Below are positions 40,176-51,534 of a stretch of 64,000 nt of DNA, in pieces. How positions within the stretch are numbered: position 1 is the first letter of the stretch; each line of letters opens with the position of its first letter. Source of the DNA: Paecilomyces variotii. Lineage: Eukaryota. A program made the position numbers and the translations under genes. The DNA lies in assembly GCA_004022145.1 (NCBI GenBank), contig RCNU01000003.1; one strand, given 5' to 3'. The notes beneath the pieces are model-generated. The model saw only the letters and a list, made by a program, of their open reading frames with translations. It was not told where the DNA came from and ran no database searches.

Positions 40176-41584
40176 TCATTCATCAACAATCGTCCACTCC
40201 ACAACATTCGACGCCGGTATAACCACCTTCGGCCGACCTCCATTATCCTTGAGGTCCGAAATAGGTTCCACTCCCGAGCCAGGGAGCGTGACAACGGTCT
40301 GAGTATGCGCTGCGGCCGTTCCCCAGTCCCACCAGTCTAATGTGTTTCCTTTGAATTGGTATCGGAGCCTCTCGCCGGGTTTCAGATCATGGGGCAGTAC
40401 ATCTCCGTCCGCCGGCATAGTCCAAAAGTCCGACCAAGATTCGCCAGGAAAAAGTGTTGGGAATCGGCCCTTTGGATTCTCAGAGACGTTTATCAGCTTA
40501 TCAGGATTACCCCAGATCCCAAATTGACAGTAGTCGTCGCCCTCAAATGTCTCCCATTCCTCCTCTGCCTCGGGCCTAGATTGATCTAGACAGCGACGGC
40601 GGTAGACGCGGAATTCTCCATCTACCGGAACAAATGCATGGGTGTGGAAGGTTATTGGTTGAGCTTCTTTGCTTATGGCTGTATTATCGCTGTTTGAGAC
40701 ACCGTGGTAAATGACTTTGATATGGACATCCAGACTGCCTGTCAAGGTCATTATTGGGCTACAACTCAGCTCAAGACTAAGAACTGGTGCCCCTGGCCTG
40801 TTGTATTTATAAGCAGAAGAACTTTTTCTATTAACTATAAATAGAGCGCTTACACTCTTTCACTTGCCTGAATAAGCGGTGGCGTTGGAGGTCGCGGAAT
40901 AGGAGGACGCTTCCCTTCTTTCACTGTGAATGTTATATGTGCGCCCCCTGGAACCAAAATTGGTGGCCACTTAGGCTCATCTTTTATCTCTGGCTGCGTG
41001 CTCCAATCCCAATGAGTAATTTCCTTTCCAGTCCAAAGAAGGTCGTAAGTATAACCTAATTGTAAGAGCTCTTCCTAAGTATCGGGAAAGGATAACCTGT
41101 AGGTGATTCTGCAGCGGTCATGGCTTTTCTTAGCCTCTGCTGTGTAACACGAAGGCGGCTCGTTTGGAAATTGCTGAATTATTGAGTCCACTTCATATCT
41201 AGGTTTCTCTTCAACGCCGATTCTTTGGAAGCTGTCTAGATCGTGGCGCAAGAGAATGAAATCCTCCCGGCCAGGATCAATTTCGGGGGACCAGCGCAGC
41301 CAGAACGGTTGGTTAAGGTCTTTTGTGTTATCGTTCTGGCCGCTAAACTCATCGCTTAGAATCCTTCGAAGAGAAACTCGAATTGAGTAGTTTTCATTCC
41401 GCGACTCCGTCCAAATGGTCGAGGCACCGTCCAGCTCCAGAATTAACCGTGGAGTATCAGACCTGTGTTGTACACTTATTGGCTTTTTTTTTGTTTCTCT
41501 CTGTTAGTTTTTAGGACAGTGTTAATTAACATACAGCCTATCACTTTCTCTCCATATTACGTACGAATCCAGTTTGTCGTCCAT
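40176..41584 (-). pseudogene. Three-exon hypothetical gene with two similar tandem domains and an in-frame TAG in exon 2
   Basis: Exons 41584-41535, 41462-~40854 and ~40797-40176 splice in phase. Single stop TAG at 41077-41075. Halves share motifs (YDLLWTGKEITHWDW / YQFKGNTLDWWDWG). Confidence 0.65.
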
Positions 41585-42217
41585 GGCACCGTTGGCTCGA
41601 ACCGAGATGTGGGAAGTTTGGGGATGGAAGAACTACCTACTTAAGTATGTATGTACATACCTACCGTACCTAACTAGCGTGGCCATCTGAGCATCTCACA
41701 GACGGTGGACTCTGGAGCCTCCATCTAGCGCGCGGTGCGTATGTTGACTCGATTTTCATTTCTTCCATATTATTATTAGTTCTTATCACCCACTTCGGCG
41801 GTCTCTGGCCAACCCTTTCACGTGATGGAGCCCGTCCTGCTCCCGTCCCAGAATGGAAATGGAAATCGCTGCGCTGGGTTTTCGCCGCAAAGTACAAAGG
41901 TAGAATCATCCGTAGACCTTTACGGGACCCTGGGTTCGTACCTTCAGTTGGTCTGCTTCCTCCGTTCATTCTATAACGCCAATACTGGTCAGATGTCAAT
42001 TTCTATGATAGTGTTTTGGTAACATGGATAATTGAATTGCAAGCTTGAAGGGTCGAATCAACTATGTACTTAATTACCTATTCGGGATCGGACGGAACCC
42101 CCACTCTTCTCTCCCCCGCAATAATCATAACGGAGACGACATATCAGCAATTTTCGTGTCGACATTCCTCGCAGCTCAAGGTCGCCATTGTCAAGGCACT
42201 CTAGACTATTTACAATC

Positions 42218-43172
42218 ATGGCAGCTCTTCTTAAGAAGCCTCTGAAGCTCGCGCTGGTGCAGCTAGCATCCGGTGAGTGGCGCAAACCGTCCAACAAGCG
42301 AAATCAACACTGGCTGATCATGTCGCTCTTCTCCAGGTTCCGACAAAGCTGTCAATCTCTCCCACGCTCGCACAAAGGTGCTCGAGGCTGCCAAAGCTGG
42401 CGCGTCCCTCATCGTGCTGCCAGAATGCTTTAACTCGCCCTACGGAACTCAGTACTTCCCCAAGTACGCCGAAACTCTCCTCCCTTCTCCACCGACCAAA
42501 GAACAGTCGCCCTCTTTCCACGCCTTGTCAGCATTGGCCTCAGAAGCCAAGTCATACTTGGTTGGAGGAAGCATTCCCGAGTTGGAACCGGGTACGAATA
42601 AATACTACAATACCTCCCTTGTCTTTTCGCCGACCGGAGCTCTGATCGGCACGCATCGCAAGACGCATCTATTTGACATCGACATTCCCGGAAAAATCAG
42701 GTTCAAGGAGAGCGAGGTGCTATCACCAGGGAACAAACTGACTATCGTCGACCTGCCGGAGTACGGCAAGATCGGTCTGGCTATCTGCTATGACATCCGC
42801 TTCCCTGAGGCAGCCATGATCGCCGCCCGTCAAGGAGCCTTCTTGCTCGTCTACCCCGGCGCGTTTAACCTGACGACAGGTCCCCTGCACTGGCAACTGC
42901 TCGGACGCGCACGTGCCGTGGATAACCAGGTCTATGTCGCCATGTGTAGCCCAGCCAGAGACATGAGTGCGACGTACCACGCTTTTGGCCATAGCTTGGT
43001 TGCTAACCCCAACGCGGAGGTCTTGACGGAGGCCGGTGAGAACGAGGAGATCGTCTATGCGGACTTGGATAACGACACGATCGAGAATACCAGAAAAGGT
43101 ATCCCGATCTATACGCAGCGACGGTTCGACTTGTATACAGACGTCAGCCAGGGTGTCAAGAATGATAATTGA
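42218..43172 (+). CDS. NIT3: Carbon-nitrogen hydrolase, omega-amidase (Nit2/Nit3 type)
   Basis: Exon 42218-42272, intron 42273-42336, exon 42337-43172. Catalytic motifs LPECFNSPYG, HRKTHLFDIDIPG and ICYDIRFPE; also ARAVDNQ. Confidence 0.93.
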
Positions 43173-43348
43173 AATATAATAAATATGCGTATATAACTTC
43201 ATTCAGTTATCTCTCCATGGACATCGTGATGTCTCCTTTCCAGACAATGTTCGATTCTAGAGATTCATGTAAGATCTGCATGAAATTGGAACTCCCGTTC
43301 GCCAGTCCCATTCCAACGCTCATCCGTATAGTACAATCCAGGATCCCA

Positions 43349-43837
43349 TCAAGCCGGCCTCTGCATCACAGAAGCATCTCCCTGCCTCCACACTATATCC
43401 AGCACCCATTTCTTGATCTTCCACAGCCCATCGCTCTCATCCCTCACCAGATCAATCCAATACTCGCCACCCGCCAGATACTTCGGTCCATCGGGCTCCT
43501 TTCCCCTTCCGGGCGGACAGTGCTGCGCCAACGCATACGCAGTGAGAGACGCAGTATCTGCTCCTTCCTTCACATCGACACGGATATTGCTGAGCATATG
43601 CGTGGTATCCATATGTCCGACACGGTCGAGGACCTGAGTCCGGATGTTGGAGAGTCCCTGGACGGCTCTTATCTCATCGCCAGCGCGTATCTCAAAGGAG
43701 ACGTCTTCGTGAGCAAAAGCGGAATCGAACAACGGAATATCGCAGCGGTCGATGCCGATCATGGCACGGTAGATAGCGTCCGTAATAGCTTCGCGAGGGG
43801 TGAGAGAGGAGAGGACTTGGGGGTATTTTCCAGTCAT
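43349..43837 (-). CDS. SnoaL-like / NTF2-fold protein
   Basis: Intronless 162-aa ORF with REAITDAIYR..IGIDRCD...FDSAF, TTHMLSNIRV and GGEY.IDLVRDE.DGLWKIKKW. Confidence 0.8.
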   Translation of the reverse strand: MTGKYPQVLSSLTPREAITDAIYRAMIGIDRCDIPLFDSAFAHEDVSFEIRAGDEIRAVQGLSNIRTQVLDRVGHMDTTHMLSNIRVDVKEGADTASLTAYALAQHCPPGRGKEPDGPKYLAGGEYWIDLVRDESDGLWKIKKWVLDIVWRQGDASVMQRPA

Positions 43838-45168
43838 ATTGATTTGTAGCTTGGGGAGGGAGTAGTGCGTAAGTAAGCAGCGTGGATTGTATTCAAAGAT
43901 CCGAATATTCCTGCTGTTTTACTATTATGTGATCACTTCGTGTAGGTATCATGAGCTGATATTTATATGCTTTCGAACTGTGTGTACATGCTGTATTGTA
44001 TCCGTGTGTATAAATTGCAAAATTCGAATTCACATGTATAAATCCACTCGATGAGTCTTATCTTGTACGCCGTCGCCTTGCTCAGGATACCTAGACAACT
44101 TCACATTTACAAAAAGACCATTTCTAGTTCTCATTTCCTCATACGGTGTTTTTGAAACACTCTGGGCTGTGGCCCTAACTCCGATTATCTCCGTCATACA
44201 TCCCCCTCATCTCCGGGATGGGGAGATTGATATCCCCGAATAGCAACTATTACCGCATGATAGAGTAGAGTCTGAGACAGGGAGAGCTTAGTATCACTCC
44301 GAAATCACTCCGCAATACTCTAGATCATGGCCATGAACACCTATCCGCTCTTCTATATCACAAGCTGAGGTGCAATCATTACAACTTAGCCAACCAAAAA
44401 AAAGGGGGGATGTTGTTCTAGGCTGTATGATGCATCTGAAGCAGGCAATTGAATGAATAAAATCTGTCTATGGCATTTATTTGTGCACTGACTAACTATT
44501 CTGAGCCGTTTGAGTTGTCCCGGGCATAAGGCCTGTACCATAGGCGATGGATTTGGCTAGACTTATTTATCCGTTTGTTCAGGCAATCTAGAGGATACTT
44601 TCGTATTTCATGAAATGGAACTGGTCATGAACCTCAAATATAAATAGAATAGAGGTAGAGTTTATGCAATTGAATGCAGTGGAGACTTCCTATTGCCGTT
44701 ACATTTTACAAGTATGTACATTGAAGGGATTCATATTGATATATGCTCAACACGAGCACAAGTATTAGCGGAGAGGGAACAGGGAAAAGTATTTATATAC
44801 AAAAGTCCCGAATCCAGAAGGAATGAGATCTTGCTATCGGACAGACGCATAGTAGATACAAGGTACATCAACTATTACCGTTCTTTGATAGGATCAATAC
44901 TGCACCAAATGAGCTACAACGCTAATCCTATCAAAGAATAATCATCAACCATTCCTAATTCAGCAAATCAGACTTGGCAGAGGACAAAAGTTAATCACGT
45001 GCTTAGTACAAGCAGCGAGCCAATCAGCACCGGAGCTAGCGTCTAAGCGAGACACACCGACACTTTCGGAATTTCGACCTCGAAAAAAGGCCTCTCGATC
45101 TCCAGCACTCCGTAACGACAGTCGACCAATTCAGCCAACGACAGCCAGCACCACTGTCCATCCCTTCA

Positions 45169-45240
45169 GTCAGTATACGCATCGTCTTCTCCTTCCTCTG
45201 CCCTCTTCGAAACTAACAGACAGCTTCTTCGCGCAAACAG
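45169..45240 (+). other. Probable 5'-UTR intron of RPL31
   Basis: Donor GTCAGT at 45169, pyrimidine tract, branch ACTAAC 45212-45217, and acceptor CAG ending at 45223 or 45240 just before the ATG. Confidence 0.6.
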
Positions 45241-45242
45241 AA

Positions 45243-46078
45243 ATGTCCACCAACGCCAAGTCCGGAAAGAAGGGCGGTCGCTCCGCCATCGCCGACGTTG
45301 TGTCGCGCGAGTACACCATCCACCTTCACAGGAGAGTACGTTGAAGCACACAATTCATACCTGCCTACTACTTGCTTTCCTTCGCCTCGAGATGAATCCT
45401 CCTCAAAATTTTGCGGTTGAAATGAGGGAAATTGGAAATCGCATCTGCGTCGCGGAAGTCGATTATACAAAACCGTATTGAGGACCATGGACGGAGAACA
45501 TAACCACAGAAATGTGGAGAAAGAGAACCGCCAAGCGGAAAAGAGGAGGGATATAACTTTTTTCTTTGGAATAAAAGAAAAGAAGAAGAATTAGTTTGAT
45601 GAAGTCCACCTCATGGCCGCAAAAAAAAAAGAGATCATCTCGCAGCAACCGATTAAAAAAAAATGGCATTCGGACGGAAGACTGATTTATCTTCTTTTTT
45701 CAACTTTATAGGTGCACGGTGTCAGCTTCAAGAAGCGCGCTCCTCGTGCTATCAAGGAGATCCGTGCCTTCGCTGAGCACGCCATGGTACGTTTTACCTT
45801 TTTCTTTACTTTTGGCGTATCTTTTCCAAGAGAATAAAAGTCTAACCAAGTCCTTTTTCTTCACTTTCCAGGGCACCAAGGACGTCCGCCTCGACCCCCA
45901 GCTCAACAAGAAGGTCTGGGAGTCCGGTATCAAGGGTGTCCCCTTCCGTCTCCGTGTCCGCATCTCCCGCAAGCGTAACGACGAGGAGGGCGCCAAGGAG
46001 AAGCTCTACTCCTACGTCCAGGCCGTCAACGTCAAGGACCCCAAGGGTCTCTCCACCACCGTCGTTGAGGACGCTTAA
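45243..46078 (+). CDS. RPL31: 60S ribosomal protein L31 (eL31)
   Basis: Exons 45243-45335, 45712-45786 and 45872-46078. Sequence [31 protein letters not shown]...[26 protein letters not shown] with strong codon bias. Confidence 0.97.
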
Positions 46079-47238
46079 ATGCACCCCTCCTTCCTTGCTG
46101 GTCTAAGGGACAATTTTTGAACCCATTTCTCAAAAATACCAACGGCGAATCAATCAAAAAAAGGGATGTGGTGTTGTCGTGCTGAATAAATGTCATTTCA
46201 GATCCGGCCCGGGGACAAACAGACAATGGGCCAATTTCGGGAAAATAGGGGGTTCTTCATAAAAGAAACTGGATTTTTATGTATAATGAACAAATTCAGA
46301 AATGGGGGATTTTATCTCCCTGAAACCGAAATTGAACGGATTGTGCCACCCCGCCTTAGAAGATCCCACAGTTGCTGTACTTGTCAATGCCCTTCCTTCG
46401 AGACAACATGTCGGCGCCTTTTTATGATCTAGCCGCTCGAAGGTTCAAACCATTTGAACTCCTGTAATATCTGTAGCGAGTGCTGTCTTCACATGTAACT
46501 TGTAGTTAACTACCCTTATTGCGGCGCGCAAACTTTACTGGAGATCAGCGACAGCACTACACTAACTGCTAGCCACCACGTCATTATGCCCGGACTGTAG
46601 CAATCAAGCCCCTATGAGACTCAAGATATACATCGTGAAACTAGGTTGAAATAAGGTCAGGCCAATTCTTCTATACGAAGACTAGAGATAAGAATAAGAG
46701 TATGCTAATGCTGCAATTTTTTGGCCGTCGCCCCGACAATGTTCTTCGAGTCATGCCACGGTGATGAAAACAGGAAATTGATTCTACATAGATGCATGTT
46801 TCATGCGATGCAACGCTGGCGGCAGATCCATTAGAAAGAAAAAGGAAAAGAAATAGCTCCACGCATATCCAGCTCGATCAAAAATCACGGGTCTTACCAG
46901 GCAAAAACTTGAAGAAAACGGCAGTAAATGAGAAATGCTGACATGGTGTCCTGGCTCCAACCGTACACCGTCATTAGAAAAAGAAACCCAGCTAGACCCT
47001 GCGGAAAGGGTCCTTGCCGGGGAATTAAGGACTTCGCGACTATGGCCCAGTCACCGGAAAGGGGAGGGCCAAGGAAGGGCGAGAGCCCGGGAGCATGCAT
47101 GCTTTTGATAAACATTATGAAGAGCAGTCCCTCGCAAGGCAGATAAGACAGAAATCCAAGCGGACATCAATAGAATCAGTAACCTCGTAACTGGTCTTGA
47201 CTCATGGTGCAATAAGGGACCACCAAAATGAAGGAGCT

Positions 47239-50200
47239 CTAGGCTTTAGAATCCTCCATGGTTTTAGCCAAGCGGCTGACTTCCTCCTTCTTGACGCGGA
47301 TAGCCCACTGTTCAGGGGCACCCTCAGCCTTCGGAACAAGGAATTGAACACTAGTCCCTGACTCTTTGTACTTTATCTGCGGGAGAAGAGAAGCGTTTAA
47401 AACGACTTTACCACTAGGGTCAGCACGAAGAATAACGCGAGCACGAGATGTTGTTTTGTGTTTCAGGACACGAAGCCAGCCAACGCCTTGGCTTTGCCAG
47501 CCGGGTGGCTCCAGCTTCATGGCACGGGCACGTATCTCCAACAGCATGTCTTCGTCCTCCTCGCCAGCATGGCTACGGGCAAGGTCGACTTGAGGCTCTG
47601 ATGGAGCAGCGTCACCATCAGCTGAGTCCTCCGCACCCGTATCAGATGTCGCAACCGGTGTTGTAGTGCCGCTCGGAGTAGCAGAGACACCGGTGGAAGA
47701 AGAGAATATAGACGAAGCACCCTGGGACGGGCCGCCAAATGCAAACCCTAGCTGGGGTCCGCCAGCGGAGTTTCCTGACGGCTTTTGTGCAGTTGAGCCT
47801 CCAAAAAGGGCTGAAAACGGCTTCGAGTCACCAGCAGTCGCTGTTCCTGATGAAGACTCAGCAGCAGATGTGCTGCTGGAGAACTTAATGGGCGAGTCCT
47901 TCTTCCAAGTATGGTCGCCAAAAGAGGAAGTAGCAGAACCGGCAGCATTAGCGGCTGCTGGAGTTGGGGAGCCAAACAAACCACCGCTAGTATTCAGACT
48001 AGACCCGAAGATTGAACCGGCTTTAGGAGTTGCAGCATTGTCTTGGCCGGATGTGCTTTGGGTACTGGCCGAGAAGATGCTGGTGGATCCACTGGAGGAG
48101 GCGTTGAAAGAAGGCGCAAACTTGGAGCTGCCGAACAAGGTAGAAACATTGGTGTCTTGGTCCTTCTTCTCTTCTGAAGGCTGGCCTTCACGCTTCGGCT
48201 TGCCATCCTTGTCGTATTGTATTCGATCAAACAGGCTCGGTCCGCTCTGCGGCGTCGGCGCAGACAATGAAGTGGCAGCTCCCGACACCTCCTTCTTAGC
48301 CGCCGCGGCTTCTTCGGATTTCTTTTTCAAGGCCTTCGAGATATCGCCCTCGTCGCTGCTATCCGCAGAACCGTTGGTAGGCGGGGCCGGCAAGGCCTTC
48401 TGTCCTGCTCCGGCACTGACATCGCCATCCGTAGACTCTTTGTCACTATCATCATCGTCACCTTCGGCCTCGGAGTTAGTGCCAGACAGGTGACCAAATA
48501 TGTTACCGGACTTAGGAGGAGACCGGCTGCCATTAGCATGGAAGACAGATGAACTCGTCGAGGGCAGTGCTGGAGCAGTGGTTTTTTCAGACGTGGATTG
48601 TGCAGGCTCTTCTTTTGCTTCATCATCGAAAACAAATCCTTTGCCAGGAACAAACTTGGCACGTTTCTTGGAAAGAGCTTCAAACTCTTCACGTTTCTTA
48701 CGCTGCTCCTCAGCATCCTTCCGCTCCCACTCAGCCTCGTCGTCCTCATCGGAATCAAAATCCTCGGCCTTGCGTTTCGCTTTCTCCTTTTCGGCATCTT
48801 TGTCGGCCTGCTGTTTGAATTGCGCCAAGAAATTGGGCGCAGCTCCCGAATTGAATTTAGGTAACTCGAAGACAGGCTTAGCAGGAGACTCCGTAGCCTT
48901 CTCGGCACTGGGTTTCAGGCTGAACGGACTCTGAGTTGAGGATGCTGTGGAGGCACCAGACTGCGGGACCAGTGGCTTAAAGGCAGGAGTGGCGGGTGAA
49001 GTCTCCGGTGCTTTATCAGCTGTAGTCTTGGAGCCCTGGGATTCTGAAAACGAGCTGGCAAAAATGCTGGCAGTGGTCGATCCAGCCGTCAGCGCACCCG
49101 TACGCTTTTCCGGTTGAGGACTGGCATCAGCATCGTCCGCAACCTTCCGCTTGTTGGAAGCGGGGGAGTTATTCGATGCTGCTGGGTTGAAGGGAGATTT
49201 CGAAAAGATATTGGTAGCGGAAAGTGATTGAGGCTGATCAGTAGACTTCTCGGCAGGCTTCACCTTCTTCTGAGAAGGCGTTTCAGCTTCTTCGGCATCT
49301 CTGGTCTTCCGCTTAGACGCGGTAGACCGAGACTCGCCAACGGGTACACCAATGGTCTCACGAACACGCATATAGAATAAGACGACTACATCAAAGTCAT
49401 CCTTGGACGGGTCAAGCTCTGAGATCTTACGCTTGAAGCTCTCATTTAGCATGCGAACACGGTGTAACAGCTCGACATCATCACTCAACTCCTTGCTCAG
49501 GTTGGAAGGTAGGCTGCGTGGACCCTTGGTGGCAAATGACACCTTCGAGGGCGTTTCCTTGTCCTTTGAGATAGTCGAATCAGATTTGATTGTGGACAGA
49601 TTGGCCGGGCCGCCGGCCGTAGATGCTGCTCCTTTGATGCTGAACGGACCAGGGCCACTAGTCACAGACGATGTAGGAGGTGCGGTCGCAAACAGACTCG
49701 GTCGCTTGGACGCGGGCGTAGAATCTCCAGCTGTAACATCTGGCTTCGGAGAAAAGATATTGCTGGGCTGAAATGGAGAAGTTGGAGGCTTCTCTTGGGC
49801 GGGAGAGGCCTGGGCAGGAGGGTTCATAGCAAAAAGACCACTGAATGGGTTGGCTGGAGTCTGCTCCGCAGTCGAGGGCGCTTTGGGTGCAAATATGTTG
49901 CTCGCAGGTGACTGACCGAAGCTTGCTGTAGAACCGAACAAACTGCCTGAAGGCTTGGGAGCGTTGCCATCCTTTTTACTCTCAGCAGCAGCATCAGCGG
50001 TAGGCGCCTTAGGCTCCTCGATTTTCTTCTCCGCGGAACTGCTAAAAGAGAACAAGCTACTGGGCGCCGGTGTAGGCTGAGTAGTTGCCGGTTTGGAAGC
50101 TCCAGAAAAGAGGCTGGAAGATGGTTGGAATGGCTGAAAAGTAGGAGCAGACGTTCCTGTGGAAGCGTTCGTACCAAAGAGAGACGGTGTTGAGGTTGCT

Positions 50201-51534
50201 GAAGTCGTTGCTGCTGCAGGAGCCGCGGCTGACACGGAGGGTGTAGTCGTGGCAGCGGACTCCGGCTTAGAGGTCATGCCAAAGAGGGAACCACCAGTGG
50301 TAGCGGAAGTAGACGCCTCAGCTGGCTTTGCATCGAAGGGAGACTGAGAAGCCTGTGCGAAAGGGGTCTTGCTCTCGCTGGTAGCACCAAATAAAGGTTT
50401 GCTACCGGAAGCACCAAGCGATCCAAAAGCGGGCGGTGGTTGTGATGTGGCACCAGTGCCAAACAGCGGCTTCCCAGCACCTGCCTTGGAGTCGGGGGAA
50501 GTCTGCATCGAATCGCTAGGTGCAGAGAACGCAGTGGAATTGCCGAAAATTGTCGGCTTATCAGCATTGGCCTGTCCGAAAAGACCGGATGCAGGTGCGG
50601 TAGACGTCTGCGCGCTTGATTGTCCAAAGAGGCTGCCGGTCGAGGGAGCTGTAGACGGTGTGGATTGGAATGGGGATGCAGTCGCGGTAGATGTATTGTT
50701 ACCAAAGCCACTGAAGACACTGCCTGTGCCATTCTGTTGAGGCTGAGCACCAAAAAGTCCAGTTGAAGTGGCTGGCTGCTGGTTCTGCGTTTGGCCCGTC
50801 GGTGGAAGGTTGAACAGGCTTCCTTTGTAGCCACCAAATCCAGAGCCGCCAGCCCCCTGACTAGAACCACCTCCGTTCATGTTGGCAAACGGATTGCTGA
50901 CACTCGCGCCTGTATCGAAGGAAGAGGAGAAATTGAAACTGGAGCCACCACCAGCGCCAAACGACACAGGCTGGGTGCCGTTCACGGCAGGACTGGAACC
51001 CGCCCCTGGAAAGCTCTGCGACTGGCCAAACGTGAACCCGTTCGAGATGCTAGGAGGCTGGGATCCGCCAGACGTGGAAGAAACTGTGTTTGGATCTAAA
51101 GAAGTGAAAGGGCTGAAGGGTTGTTGCGCTGAAGAAGATGTAGCTGGCGAATTTGGACGCGTTCGTCTGTTGATGGCTTTAATCCTGAAGGTCAAGGTCA
51201 GTAGACGCGTCAAAGAAAGAGTGGGAAAAGAGAGAGAGAGAGAGAGAGCGTTGTAGCCTGACAAAGAAAGACGAGGCTGGGCTAGGTCTGAGCAACACAA
51301 TAAAAAAATGATAACAGAAAGAGCCTCCAGAGCCCGCCGGTGGGAGTCTTAAACGACTCCCACACTGCTAACCTGACTCTATCAACGAAATATTCTTCAA
51401 ACCACTCACTTTCTGTTCGCCATCTGCGCAGCAGTTGCGCGCTGGGGCTTGTCATCCGGTGCACTCGACATGTTGAAAAAATCGTTACCCACGCCCTTTT
51501 CCCCTTGAGGACCCTGGGCCGTCCGTTTGGACAT
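47239..51534 (-). CDS. NUP2: FG-repeat nucleoporin with C-terminal Ran-binding domain (Nup2/Nup50-like)
   Basis: Exon 51534-51410 (MSKR...RATAAQMANRK), intron 51409-51185, then IKAINRR. Many SLFG/FxFG repeats; C-terminal RanBD (GEEDED...W.SQGVG.LRVLKHK...RVILRADPSGKVVLN). Confidence 0.88.
51229..51249 (+). repeat. (GA)n microsatellite in the NUP2 intron
   Basis: agagagagagagagagagagc run. Confidence 0.8.

Noticed and set aside
43169-43849. 226-aa plus-strand ORF overlapping the SnoaL-like gene
   Set aside because: Antisense shadow of the minus-strand CDS, with no ATG at the called start and no motifs.
45597-45685. TGATGA...CTGA pair in the long RPL31 intron as a box C/D snoRNA
   Set aside because: The CTGAT is positioned as the intron branch point, the interior is mostly A-runs, and I see no terminal stem or rRNA guide.
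47366-51256. Numerous plus-strand ORFs opposite NUP2 (and similar ones opposite ATG2, CHK1, CNT and GH55)
   Set aside because: Antisense or alternative-frame shadows of GC-rich coding sequence.
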